DNA of 64,000 bases from Candidatus Thorarchaeota archaeon (GCA_003345595.1 PRDI01000129.1:6675-70674); one strand, 5' to 3'. Counted from the stretch's first letter, positions 10,165 through 20,107 are shown. The notes: generated by a model from the letters alone, not told the origin. A program made the numbers and translations.

Positions 10165-11157
10165 TTACGACCTGTGGTACTTGAATGCAACAGCGGCAAT
10201 CAGCACTACTGTCAGCGCCAAACCAGTAGTCAGCAAGAAGCTAGTATCAAGAATACTGCCATCTGGTGTCGTGGTGGTTGTCGAGGAAGTGGTGCCGTCC
10301 GTGTTTTGTGGGACCCATCCACTCAGTGCCGCAACCATCCACCAGAATGCGCGGCCTTTCTGCTCGCAGCTGGTATACGTTGTGTGACCTGCTTGGTCGC
10401 CATGGAAGTCCTCATGCTCGACTGGGATGTAGTAGTCCCCGTAGACATAGGTACTCTGTTCACCGTCGCTCCAGGCATCGAGATCTTCGAAGTCAAACAG
10501 GACCTTGTCATTTGTCATGCAATACTGACGAATCTGCTCGTTCCTCAGCCACCTGTTGTAACCTTCATCTCCAGTGGACTGAGCGTTGCAGGTCATGTAC
10601 ACGAAAATCACATTGGGATTTGCCGTTTCCAGTGAAGACATCGCATCAAGATAGCTCTGGGTCTCAGCCTCACCATACCAGTACAGCTGAGTGCACCATG
10701 ACCATATGGAAACGGTTAGTGTGGGGTTCTCATCAAGTGTGTTCTGAGTGGTGGCAAGACCATCAGATGTTTCCCAGTACAGGTCTGGGGTGATGTAAGA
10801 CTCAGGGGGATTGCCGTCAAGCATGGACAGAGCACCGGACTCTATTGGCAAGTATCGATCGCCTTGAACCTGACTGAAAGTGGAGTTGGAATCCTCGATC
10901 AGATCAAGACCTGTGGTGATCTGACCGCCATGGCTTGTGTGCGCGTAGTGAACTTTCACATCTGACTTAGCAGCCTCTATCCACTCTGCAGGAATCGCAT
11001 TCAAGTCTGTGCAGGTGTGGTCTATGATGAGCCCACCCGACCAGTGAGCAGGAACCCTTCCCGACGTTGCACAGGGCACTTCAGAAGACACCGGGCAAAC
11101 CTGCAGAAGCAGAAGAAAGATGGAGAACAGTATGGCTAGATCAGCTTGGCGCGGCAT
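10165..11157 (-). CDS. secreted, C-terminally membrane-anchored protein of unknown function (possible hydrolase)
   Basis: Signal peptide; IIDHTCTDL..IP..WI..AK...HYAHTSHGGQI domain; Thr-rich linker, TM helix and basic tail. Confidence 0.8.
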   Translation of the reverse strand: MPRQADLAILFSIFLLLLQVCPVSSEVPCATSGRVPAHWSGGLIIDHTCTDLNAIPAEWIEAAKSDVKVHYAHTSHGGQITTGLDLIEDSNSTFSQVQGDRYLPIESGALSMLDGNPPESYITPDLYWETSDGLATTQNTLDENPTLTVSIWSWCTQLYWYGEAETQSYLDAMSSLETANPNVIFVYMTCNAQSTGDEGYNRWLRNEQIRQYCMTNDKVLFDFEDLDAWSDGEQSTYVYGDYYIPVEHEDFHGDQAGHTTYTSCEQKGRAFWWMVAALSGWVPQNTDGTTSSTTTTTPDGSILDTSFLLTTGLALTVVLIAAVAFKYHRS

Positions 11158-11274
11158 GTTTCATCCTCCAAGATTGCCGGCAATCTCTTTGGTCGAGAGT
11201 AAAAGCCTTTTCTCGCGCCAAGCTGCGACCCACACCGCTATAACGACAATCACATCATCCGTGTTCAAGAAGTC

Positions 11275-12093
11275 ATGGGTGAGCGGACTGAAACTGTGTT
11301 CGTATCATGCTCGACTATTGGCGGCATAAGATCAGGAGCAGTGCCAGAGCTGTTCCTCGTAGACCAAATCCGCACGCTGCTGAGAGTCCATGATGCCGGC
11401 TATCGTTACGTCGAAATGATCTATAACGACCAACCAGAATGGGTTGGCAAGACAATAGTGGAAGCGTTGAGTGAGCTCTCGCTTGAACCATATTCAATAC
11501 ACTTGCCGAAGTTCATCTTCTCCTACAGTGACGACGAGTTCACGGCGTTCAATGTCGCAGCCTACCCCTTTATCGAGAAGCTGGGAATCAAGGTCGCCGT
11601 CCTGCACCCGCCCGACCCATCACAGATCATGAACACAGACTGGTCGAAGAGATTCGACATGCTCCTAGAGCTTTCGGAGAAGGCTCACTGCAGACTGACA
11701 CTCGAGAACATGCCGTATCTTCCCAATGTGAATCAGTTCATCTTGGATCGCATATCGGAGAACAGCTCCACCTCCCTTGGTGTCACAGTTGACCTGGAGT
11801 ACATGAGATACAATCGGTCTGACATTGGCGAACTAATCAAGATGTTTGGAGAACGTCTGCTGAATGTTCACTTCCGTGACGGCGATGGTAATCTCGTGGA
11901 CGGTGAGGGCCACAGGAGATACCTGCTTCCGGGCTCAGGAGACATCGACCTGCTTGGTGTGCTCCGAATGCTCCATCGTTCTGGATATAATGGAGTACTG
12001 ACCATCGAGGTTTCCCACAGACAGAGGGACAACATCGTCAAGGCCAAGGCGTTTCTTGAAGACAGTCTCAGAGGCATTGGGGTCCAGTTGTAA
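11275..12093 (+). CDS. sugar phosphate isomerase/epimerase (AP-endonuclease-2-type TIM barrel)
   Basis: YSIHLP, VLHP, LENM, NVHFRD, PGSGDID, LTIEV. Confidence 0.85.
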   Translation: MGERTETVFVSCSTIGGIRSGAVPELFLVDQIRTLLRVHDAGYRYVEMIYNDQPEWVGKTIVEALSELSLEPYSIHLPKFIFSYSDDEFTAFNVAAYPFIEKLGIKVAVLHPPDPSQIMNTDWSKRFDMLLELSEKAHCRLTLENMPYLPNVNQFILDRISENSSTSLGVTVDLEYMRYNRSDIGELIKMFGERLLNVHFRDGDGNLVDGEGHRRYLLPGSGDIDLLGVLRMLHRSGYNGVLTIEVSHRQRDNIVKAKAFLEDSLRGIGVQL

Positions 12094-12406
12094 GGAAGCA
12101 ATTAGAAGTCCAATCCCTCTCAGGCGGACTGCCCCATGCGGTTGATTCGATTGAATACTGCAAGCAGGACAACGGCCGCACTGCCGCCTAGGAGCAGCGA
12201 ATTATACAGTATTGCCAGGATTCGGCAGCCGCCATCGCCAGAAGCCACGTCAGTGTTGATGAAGTTGATGCAGACCGGTATTCATCATACAAGACCCAAA
12301 GTAGGACGTCGGTCCGAAATCTCAGATCATGTGATAAGCAGCGAAAGCGATGCAAAAAGGGTAAATCACCGAACTCACAGGACCTTACTGGACAGAGACG
12401 ATTGAT

Positions 12407-12772
12407 GTGACAGAGGAAGTAACCGGGCAGCTATCCAAGGACGAACTTCGGCAGCTAAGAAGACTGAAAATGGTTAAGGAGTTCCTTGATGAGTTGAAGA
12501 GGAGGGGAATCTCTGCGGACTTGCCCGTGTGCCCTGTGTGCAAGAGCCCTCGTATTGTCGATATGACCTCGTTTCAAGACCTAGGGTACATTGGGAGCTT
12601 TCAGCCCGCCTATTATTGCCTTGATTGTGGTTGGTATGGAAGAACCTTGGCTGTCATGAGCAACCGGCCTGAGAATGATGCTGTATCCGAGGACCTCAGA
12701 GAGGCATTCCCGTCACTCCGAGAGGAAACTCCTGAAGAAGAATATCCCGAGGACGACGAGGAGCCTTCTTAG
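12407..12772 (+). CDS. zinc-ribbon protein with acidic tail
   Basis: CPVCKS...YYCLDCGWYG; C-terminus EEEYPEDDEEPS. Confidence 0.75.
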   Translation: MTEEVTGQLSKDELRQLRRLKMVKEFLDELKRRGISADLPVCPVCKSPRIVDMTSFQDLGYIGSFQPAYYCLDCGWYGRTLAVMSNRPENDAVSEDLREAFPSLREETPEEEYPEDDEEPS

Positions 12773-12840
12773 AAACTCCAGCAGCCTGTAGACCCAGACG
12801 ACGCCCATAGCAAGTTGGTGCTGTCAGGTATTCCATGATT

Positions 12841-13515
12841 CTACTTCCACGTTCCGCTTGCGTACCAATCACATAGAGTAGACAGGAAACACTCTGAGCA
12901 CAGAGGATTGCGGGCCCGACAGACTCGCCTCCCATGGAGAACTAGATTGTGGTTTAGGGAGCAGAGGCAATGCGCGGGTATGATGCTTTCAAGCATAGGC
13001 TGTGCATTCTCCCGCGAAACCTTGAGGGGGACCAGACCGAGTCGTCGTGTCACACGCCAGACGTGAGTGTCGACGGGCAGCGTGGGCCGTCCGAATGAGA
13101 AGAGTAGCACAATCGCTGCGGTCTTGGGTCCAACCCCGTGCAGTGATGTGAGCCATTGAGCCGCATCGTCAGTCGCCATATCACTCAACAACGAGAGATC
13201 CAGATCCCCCACTCTTCGCTGTATCTCTGAGAGAGCGGCCTTGATGCGTTTTGCCTTCAGCTTGTAGTACCCTGACGACCTTATCACCCGTGCCATTTCA
13301 TCCTCTGGTGCCGACATCACTTCTTCCCAAGTCGGGTAGGTCGTCCTTAGGTTGTCATACGCTCTCTGAGAATTCACGTCAGTCGTGTTTTGGCTCAAGA
13401 TTGTCATAACGAGCTCATCGATTGGCGGACTGGCCTGCTCTACAACTGTGTCGCCGTAGTTCTGCTGTAGCAGTCTGCATATGTGAGTAGCCTTCTTGCG
13501 GGCAGCATCATCCAA
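12841..13515 (-). CDS. nth: endonuclease III (HhH-GPD, 4Fe-4S)
   Basis: ILSQNTTD, LHGVGPKTA, PVDTHV, C-x6-C-x2-C-x5-C cluster. Confidence 0.93.
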   Translation of the reverse strand: MDDAARKKATHICRLLQQNYGDTVVEQASPPIDELVMTILSQNTTDVNSQRAYDNLRTTYPTWEEVMSAPEDEMARVIRSSGYYKLKAKRIKAALSEIQRRVGDLDLSLLSDMATDDAAQWLTSLHGVGPKTAAIVLLFSFGRPTLPVDTHVWRVTRRLGLVPLKVSRENAQPMLESIIPAHCLCSLNHNLVLHGRRVCRARNPLCSECFLSTLCDWYASGTWK

Positions 13516-13593
13516 GGCTCGTGAACCACCTGTTCCTTGGTTTGCGACTTGTTTGAGAACACTTTTCTGTTGGTTGGTCTAGCACTCCTGCAG

Positions 13594-14019
13594 ATGAATA
13601 TGCGCGTGGTTGTGATCTACGAGAGCACCATGGGACGGACAAGGGCCATGGCCCAAGCCATTGGTGAAGGCGCTCGTCTGGAAGGGGCGCAGTGTGACGT
13701 CATAGAAGCGGCTCAATTCGAGGAACTGGGTGAAGCATGTGCAATCGCCGTAGGCAGTTCCACACGCATGACCAGACCACTACCTAGAATCCGCCAGATT
13801 CTCTCCGAACTAAACAGCCTGAATGGTATCAGCGCTGCGAGCTTCGGCTCATACGGCTGGAGCGGTGAGGCTCCTGACGTGATTGCGAATCTTCTCAGTG
13901 GGCTGGGTGCCAAGCTCATAGATGGACAACCTCTGAAGGTGAAAGACTTCCCGAGCATTGAACAGCTTGAGAAATGCAGGGAACTCGGACGGAATCTCGC
14001 AAGGGCATGCACAAGATAG
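13594..14019 (+). CDS. flavodoxin-domain protein (FprA-type)
   Basis: YESTMGRTRAMAQAI, FGSYGWSGEAP. Confidence 0.85.
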   Translation: MNMRVVVIYESTMGRTRAMAQAIGEGARLEGAQCDVIEAAQFEELGEACAIAVGSSTRMTRPLPRIRQILSELNSLNGISAASFGSYGWSGEAPDVIANLLSGLGAKLIDGQPLKVKDFPSIEQLEKCRELGRNLARACTR

Positions 14020-14090
14020 TGTCGTGATCAAATAGGTAGCCTCCACAAGTCTTATCATATGAACCGCCGAGCCGCGTTCCGGCGCCAAGT

Positions 14091-16016
14091 GTGGGTTACA
14101 TGCTAAGACTCACAGGTTATGTCTTCAAACACCCAGGCCTCTTCATAGGTGCCATGGCTGCGGCCGGGACCGGTGTCGTGTTCAACACACTGTCACCTCT
14201 GGTCCTGGTGGTGATTATCGACTCAGTCATACCCACTGCCCAGTATGACCTTGTGTTGCCCTATGCGCTAGTATTCCTCACTCTTGGTGCATTGTATGCA
14301 GTATTCGACGTGGTCGGTCGATATGCGGCTGCCCTAGTGGGGCAACATGTTGTCTTTGACCTGAGGTCTGAGCTCTATGAGAGCCTGTTAGAGAAGGACT
14401 TGGCCTTCTATGATGAGAATGAAACTGGCCAACTGCTTGCCAGAGTCACCACAGATGTCACGACGATGAGAGAGTTTCTCGTCTGGGGCTATCGTGTCAT
14501 ATTCATAGGTGTGACTTCCCTGTTCGGGACATACTACGTGATGTGGTTGCTTAGCCCTCTGCTGACTACATACATGCTGTCTGCAGTTCCATTTCTTATC
14601 CTCTTTGTCTACCTCTATGCGAAGCGAGTGCGTCCTCTGTTCTTCTCATCTCGCACACAGTTCGGCGCACTCAGCAGTGTGTTGCAGGAGAACATTGTGG
14701 GGATGAGAGTCATCCGTTCGTACGCATCGGAAGACAGAGAACTTGAGAGAGTGAACAGAGAAAACAAGCGTTTCTTGGATATTGTTGTCCGTGCGTTCAG
14801 GCTTGATGCGCTGTACTCGCCTCTCATGACTGCGGTCTTGGGGGTTTCAACTGGAATCCTGATCTACGCAGGCGGCATGTTCTACACACTCCACAACCTC
14901 ACATATGGTGAGTTCGCAGGGTTCGTCAGTCTGGTTGGCATGCTAGCCCTCCCGGCTCGGTTCTTCAGTTGGGGACTCGGTATGTACCAGAGAGCCTCGG
15001 CAGCGGCTGAGAGAACTTTCTACATTCTTGACCAGCGTGACATAATGCTGGAGCCAGAGAACCCTGTACATGTGGAGCGGCTCAAGGGCACGGTGGAGTT
15101 CGACAGGGCCGATTTCAGCTACCACGGTGGAAGATGGGTACTTAGAGATGTGAGCCTCAAAGTTGACCCGGGACAGGTCGTTGCGCTTCTTGGTGGGACG
15201 GGTTCTGGAAAGACCAGCCTTGTGAACCTGATTCCAAGGTTCTATGATGTCGACTCAAGTCTTAGCGTTACATACAAGGGGCAGACGTTCAGAATCGATG
15301 AGAGAGGCAGGACGAGGATAGATGGCAAGGACTATGCCGTGTCTGATGGAGCGATAGTAGTCGACGGCGAGAAGATTCTAGTGAAGCAGCCCGGCGCAGT
15401 CCGCATTGATGGCGTCGATGTCCGTCAGTACTCCCTGACCGATCTGAGAAGGCAGATAGGCATGGTTCATCAGGACCCCTTTCTGTTTTCGGCTTCACTG
15501 CGTGAGAACATCGCTTTCGCACGACCGGACGCCACACAGGACGAGGTCGAAAGGGCCGCAAAAGCCGCGATGATACACGATTTCATTGTGACTCTCGAAC
15601 AGGGATATGATACTGTGATTGGGGAGAGAGGCGTGACACTCAGTGGCGGCCAGAAACAGAGAGTCGCAATCGCAAGAGCGATTCTTGCAGACCCCCGCAT
15701 CCTCATCTTAGATGATTCGACCAGCTCGGTCGACGCTAAGACAGAGGAACTCATCAAGCAAGCGCTCGAGAATCTGAAGGCGGGCCGGACCACCTTCATA
15801 ATAACACACCGTCTATCTACAATTCGCAATGCAGACCTCATCGTTATTATGGAAAGAGGGCGGATTGTTGAAACTGGTACACACGACCAGCTGCTCGCTC
15901 GAGGAGGTGTGTATGCTGGAATCCACACGACGCTGAGTCAGATGGGCTCAATCTCCTTGGAGTGGGGAGAGATGGCGGCGACTGCAGAAACAGGAGGAGG
16001 TGGCAGAGGCGGCTAG
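14091..16016 (+). CDS. ABC exporter TMD-NBD subunit 1 (heterodimeric, TM287/TmrB-like)
   Basis: Six TM; GGTGSGKT; LSGGQ; degenerate Walker B LDDS; insertion after Walker A. Confidence 0.93.
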   Translation: MGYMLRLTGYVFKHPGLFIGAMAAAGTGVVFNTLSPLVLVVIIDSVIPTAQYDLVLPYALVFLTLGALYAVFDVVGRYAAALVGQHVVFDLRSELYESLLEKDLAFYDENETGQLLARVTTDVTTMREFLVWGYRVIFIGVTSLFGTYYVMWLLSPLLTTYMLSAVPFLILFVYLYAKRVRPLFFSSRTQFGALSSVLQENIVGMRVIRSYASEDRELERVNRENKRFLDIVVRAFRLDALYSPLMTAVLGVSTGILIYAGGMFYTLHNLTYGEFAGFVSLVGMLALPARFFSWGLGMYQRASAAAERTFYILDQRDIMLEPENPVHVERLKGTVEFDRADFSYHGGRWVLRDVSLKVDPGQVVALLGGTGSGKTSLVNLIPRFYDVDSSLSVTYKGQTFRIDERGRTRIDGKDYAVSDGAIVVDGEKILVKQPGAVRIDGVDVRQYSLTDLRRQIGMVHQDPFLFSASLRENIAFARPDATQDEVERAAKAAMIHDFIVTLEQGYDTVIGERGVTLSGGQKQRVAIARAILADPRILILDDSTSSVDAKTEELIKQALENLKAGRTTFIITHRLSTIRNADLIVIMERGRIVETGTHDQLLARGGVYAGIHTTLSQMGSISLEWGEMAATAETGGGGRGG

Positions 16017-17811
16017 TCCAATCATTGAAGACGAGGAGGAGCGAACCCATGAGTATACGGACTCTTCGCTCCTGAAACGCCTAGTAGGCTACCTGCTTGC
16101 TTACAGGAAGCTCTTTGCCATAGATGTCATCCTAGTGGCGTCAGACATTGCTCTTGCGATAGCGGCGCCTTTTGTTCTCAGACAGGCCATAGATGTAGAC
16201 TTCCCGAGCGGCGACCTTCAAGCTCTTGGAGTCACTTCTTTGATCTATGCTGCCCTCCAGATACTCACCTGGCTCTCTGCCTATGGTTCGGGCTATGTCA
16301 TGAGCATGATGGGGCAGAGCGCGGTCTATAAGATGCGACAGGAGCTGTATCAGCATCTCCAGAGGATGTCACAGGACTTCTACGACCGAACTGCTAGCGG
16401 CAGGATTCTGTCCAGGCTGACCAACGACATTGACAAGATAAGCGAGTTCCTGGCTGGCGGCCTAGTAGATACATTTGCACAGTTGTTTGTGGTTGTAGCT
16501 GTAGGCATCGTGATTTTCACCGTTGATGTACAGCTAGCTTTTGTTTCACTGGCAGTGGTACCGATTCTTGCTGTCACAACTGTCCTCATCAGAATCAGAA
16601 TGAGAGCTGCCTACAGGCGGACCAGGAAGACTATCTCTAGTGTGACAGCAAATCTGGCGGAGAGCATTTCTGGCGCAAAAGTCACAAAGAGCTTCGCTAG
16701 GGAGGATGTGAGCGGTGAGAGGTTTGCAGAGCTGAACAAGGCAGACTACCAGTCGAATGTTGATGCCTCCAGACCGTCGTCCCTGTTCTTTCCTGTGGTG
16801 CGCTTCATTGGTGGTCTGGGCGTGTTCCTGATAATCTGGTTCGGGGGAGTGCGGCTGATTGGAGAAACCCTCACCATCGGAACACTCATCCTATTCATAC
16901 AGTTCAACGATCAGTTCTTCCGGCCTATGCTGATAATCACTAACTTCTACAACACAGTACAGAGCGCCTTTGCCGCGTCAGAGCGTGTGTTCAGCATAAT
17001 GGATACAGAACCAACGATAACAGATGCGACTGATGCAGTTGACATAGGAAACATCAAGGGTCACATCTCGTTCGATGACGTCACCTTCCAATACGTAGAG
17101 AACAGACCAGTACTTGTCAACTTCAGTCTTGACATAAGACCCGGAGAAACCGTTGCGATTGTAGGGGACACGGGTGCAGGGAAGACGACGATAGTGAATC
17201 TCCTCAACAGGTTCTACGACATCAACTCAGGCTCAATCAAGATTGACGATGTAGACATCCGCAGGGTCAGTCAGAAGTCGCTACACTCAGCGATTGGACT
17301 GGTACTGCAGGACCCATTTCTGTTTCAGGGCACTATCAAGGACAATATCAGGTACGGCCGATCAAATGCGACCGAGGAGGAGATAATCAGGGCCACTGAG
17401 GCCATTGGTGCACGAACTGTGTTCGAGAACCTAGAGCACGGCTTCGATACCCAGGTGGGTGAGCGAGGGCTAAGACTGTCTGAGGGAGAACGTCAGCTGG
17501 TGAGCTTCTCTAGGGCTCTGCTGGCCAACCCCAAGATACTCGTACTGGATGAGGCCACCAGTTCGATAGACATCTTCACCGAGCATATCATTCAGAGAGG
17601 TATGAAAGCGCTGATAAGAGGTAGGACATCGATTGTGGTTGCCCACAGACTATCTACCATACTGAGCGCAGACCGGATACTCGTGCTTGACAAAGGACGA
17701 ATCGTCGAGTCGGGCACACACCCGGAACTGATGGCAAAGGGCGGCGTCTATTACTCACTCTATGAACTGCAGATGAGGCCGAGAGTGGCCCACTCACCGA
17801 CAGCCGGGTAG
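16000..17811 (+). CDS. ABC exporter TMD-NBD subunit 2 (TM288/TmrA-like)
   Basis: GDTGAGKT; degenerate signature LSEGE; canonical LDEATS; overlaps subunit 1. Confidence 0.93.
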   Translation: MAEAASPIIEDEEERTHEYTDSSLLKRLVGYLLAYRKLFAIDVILVASDIALAIAAPFVLRQAIDVDFPSGDLQALGVTSLIYAALQILTWLSAYGSGYVMSMMGQSAVYKMRQELYQHLQRMSQDFYDRTASGRILSRLTNDIDKISEFLAGGLVDTFAQLFVVVAVGIVIFTVDVQLAFVSLAVVPILAVTTVLIRIRMRAAYRRTRKTISSVTANLAESISGAKVTKSFAREDVSGERFAELNKADYQSNVDASRPSSLFFPVVRFIGGLGVFLIIWFGGVRLIGETLTIGTLILFIQFNDQFFRPMLIITNFYNTVQSAFAASERVFSIMDTEPTITDATDAVDIGNIKGHISFDDVTFQYVENRPVLVNFSLDIRPGETVAIVGDTGAGKTTIVNLLNRFYDINSGSIKIDDVDIRRVSQKSLHSAIGLVLQDPFLFQGTIKDNIRYGRSNATEEEIIRATEAIGARTVFENLEHGFDTQVGERGLRLSEGERQLVSFSRALLANPKILVLDEATSSIDIFTEHIIQRGMKALIRGRTSIVVAHRLSTILSADRILVLDKGRIVESGTHPELMAKGGVYYSLYELQMRPRVAHSPTAG

Positions 17812-17877
17812 TACTGCCCAAGGTCGACAGACTAGTCTGCGACAAGTGAAAGCGCGCTCGTACCTAGAGCCACTCTA

Positions 17878-18633
17878 TTACAGCTCATCAGACTCGTCAT
17901 CATCGCAAGAACAGTGCGAGTGTTCTGCTGATGGCTCCCAATCATAGAAACCTCTGATATGACCTAATCCTCGCATGGCTCTTGACACTTTGTCGCTGAC
18001 CATGGGACCAATTTCTCGAAGCCATTCAAGATCCGGAATCTTATCACGCCCGAGCACAATTGCTCGGCCGTCCTGACGTCTGATAACTATCCCAGACTTG
18101 CTGACTGAAACAGAGCGACCTTCGCCGTCGATAAAGACTCTCTTGTCTTGCACGAAAGCAAGACTCTCTGGCTTAGTGGCGATGACCACAGACCTGTCGT
18201 CTTCTGTGGTTCCGAGAAGAACGGAACTGCTTCGGCCCTTGACCACAATCTTGTGACCGTCTTCGAGATGCTTCTCGACAACTGAACGCACTTCGTTCAG
18301 GAAAGCGGCTGCATCATTGTACCCAAACCTTCCAAGGAAGTCTGCGGTCGACGGCTGAGAAGCCTTCTCTACTTCCGTCTTTCCGAGATAGATCTGGACA
18401 CCCTTGAGGGCAGATGACTTGGTTTGTCCTACGGCTCCCTTTGAGGTCTCAACTATTGCATCAACGATGTAACGGGATGGACCTGCGAACGCAACTCCGA
18501 CCCGTTCGCCATTGTCTGTCAGATAGACCCACGCACAGCCTGCATCAAGCCTGACAACCGCTTTCTCATGGGAGAGAATGTCAAATGGTGCATTTGTGGT
18601 CATTACAGTTTCTTCAGGCTTTATGTTTCTCAC
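17878..18633 (-). CDS. hypothetical protein (beta-rich, His/Cys/acidic C-terminus)
   Basis: Long ORF coupled by a GTGA overlap to the upstream regulator. Confidence 0.75.
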   Translation of the reverse strand: MRNIKPEETVMTTNAPFDILSHEKAVVRLDAGCAWVYLTDNGERVGVAFAGPSRYIVDAIVETSKGAVGQTKSSALKGVQIYLGKTEVEKASQPSTADFLGRFGYNDAAAFLNEVRSVVEKHLEDGHKIVVKGRSSSVLLGTTEDDRSVVIATKPESLAFVQDKRVFIDGEGRSVSVSKSGIVIRRQDGRAIVLGRDKIPDLEWLREIGPMVSDKVSRAMRGLGHIRGFYDWEPSAEHSHCSCDDDESDEL

Positions 18634-19346
18634 TGTACATCAGCTCCTTCCTTGTTCTTGTCTGCTTCCTCATCAAAGGACACACTAACCTGGCCCTCTC
18701 CACTACTGCCAGTCCGAGACCGTTGCCACTCCACTCTGCTTGTCAACCACTGGGCAAGACGGTATGCTAGGCGACCTGCGACAGTGATATAGTATGTGCC
18801 TCTGACCTCACCCTTAATCACATATCCGGCATCCATCAATGGTGTCAGATGGTGGGTCAATGAGCTGCCAGTCTTCCCTGTGAGCGTTTCGAGCTCATTG
18901 AACGACTTGCCGCCGTCTTTCAGAATGTCAAGTATTCTGAGACGTTCTTCGCTGCCCAAAGGACTCACCGCTTGTGCAACGCGCTCGGCTGGGATGTTCT
19001 CGATTCTTCCCCGGCCATGCTTGCCCATTCTTCTGATCATGAATCGCGGTGACTCCAGACTGACTCCGATATCGCCTACCTCTCGGACAGCTTTGCGTAT
19101 CTGCTCTCCCAGTCCCTCCATCATCTCATCAAGACCATCAGTGATACTGCTCAAATCAACGAAGTGCGAATCTGGCGGAATGCAAGGCTCGGGAGGCCCG
19201 TGCGCTCTGTGACCTCCTCTGAAACGGCCTTCTTCGGCATAGGCTTCTCTTTCCTTGCGAAGACGTTCGACGTCTTCCTTCAGACTCTCTTTGAGCTTGC
19301 GCACTTCTTCGAGTTCTTTGCGAATATCGTCTAGGTTCTCGGTCAT
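18630..19346 (-). CDS. ArsR-type winged-helix regulator with N-terminal coiled coil
   Basis: LGSEERLRILDILKDGGKSFNELETLTGKTGSSLTHHLTPLMDAGYV...GTYYIT..G; SD GGTGAGG upstream. Confidence 0.88.
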   Translation of the reverse strand: MTENLDDIRKELEEVRKLKESLKEDVERLRKEREAYAEEGRFRGGHRAHGPPEPCIPPDSHFVDLSSITDGLDEMMEGLGEQIRKAVREVGDIGVSLESPRFMIRRMGKHGRGRIENIPAERVAQAVSPLGSEERLRILDILKDGGKSFNELETLTGKTGSSLTHHLTPLMDAGYVIKGEVRGTYYITVAGRLAYRLAQWLTSRVEWQRSRTGSSGEGQVSVSFDEEADKNKEGADVQ

Positions 19347-19426
19347 TATTCCTCACCATTTGTACAGTACAGTCATGCACCCGTAAGTCGTAGGTTTCGC
19401 TGGAGTTGTAAGAAATGGAGCCTCTC

Positions 19427-19573
19427 TCAGACTACAAGAGAGCCTCTGAATCGGCGCTCTTCTCCAGAGGTTTCTCTTTCCCTGTGGAGGCGTCTAATCT
19501 CCTCTCTCAGGGTTTGATTGAGTCTGCGCACTTCTTCCAGCTCTTTGCGAATGTCGTCTGAACTCGCGGTCAT
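19427..19573 (-). CDS. 48-aa coiled-coil mini-protein homologous to the N-terminus of the downstream regulator (or 5' gene remnant)
   Basis: Manual translation MTASSDDIRKELEEVRRLNQTLREEIRRLHRERETSGEERRFRGSLVV*; 27/44 identical to the regulator N-terminus; TTTATAAG box about 35 nt upstream. Confidence 0.65.
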   Translation of the reverse strand: MTASSDDIRKELEEVRRLNQTLREEIRRLHRERETSGEERRFRGSLVV

Positions 19574-19775
19574 TCTGGACACTGAGCCTACTGTACATTT
19601 CTACACTTATAAATCTTCGGTTCTATTACAGTCGGCAGAGGCAATCCTCACTCGTACCGAGAATGGCTACAAGAGACTCCCGACCTAATCCTAGTGTTTC
19701 GACCGGAATTGCGGTAAAGACGACGCTTATTATTCTCCATGGGGTGTACCTAATACTGGAAGTGAGCGTGCAAGC

Positions 19776-20048
19776 TTGTTCGAGGAGGACAGAGGCCCGG
19801 GGTACTGCTTGTGTTTTGTAATGAGCATGCTTCCGATACTCGGCTTGTTCCTGCTTGCTCTTCCTCAACTGCCAGTCAGTGAACTGCCCTCTGTTGCCGT
19901 GCTGCTATTCCTAGTCTTCGCGCCGCTCTATGGTTGTGGAGATCTATTCAAGGGGCGGCCAATGTTCCAGTGGCACTATCACGGTGTCGAAACCGAGGTC
20001 ATGGAAGAACTGGCCAAGGAAGTGGACAGCCGTTCCTCAGCCATTTGA
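19776..20048 (+). CDS. possible small two-TM membrane protein or fragment
   Basis: Two hydrophobic stretches; TTG start; no recognisable family. Confidence 0.35.
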   Translation: MFEEDRGPGYCLCFVMSMLPILGLFLLALPQLPVSELPSVAVLLFLVFAPLYGCGDLFKGRPMFQWHYHGVETEVMEELAKEVDSRSSAI

Positions 20049-20107
20049 CGGTATATTGAATGTCTGCCTGCTCTTCGGAACTGATGCTGCACAGCAGGCC
20101 TGCAGTT

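Noticed and set aside
12120-12405. ORF 12136-12405 (+) and a minus-strand hydrophobic tail (ILAILYNSLLLGGSAAVVLLAVF)
   Set aside because: There is no family signal and an in-frame stop lies upstream of the minus fragment; at most an unverifiable remnant.
17878-17895. C-terminal SDEL resembling an ER-retention signal
   Set aside because: The protein has no signal peptide and the motif is part of an acidic tail, so it is likely chance.
19346-19429. Sec/Pyl readthrough fusing the mini-ORF to the regulator
   Set aside because: The starts are 227 nt apart (different frames) and another TGA follows in frame.
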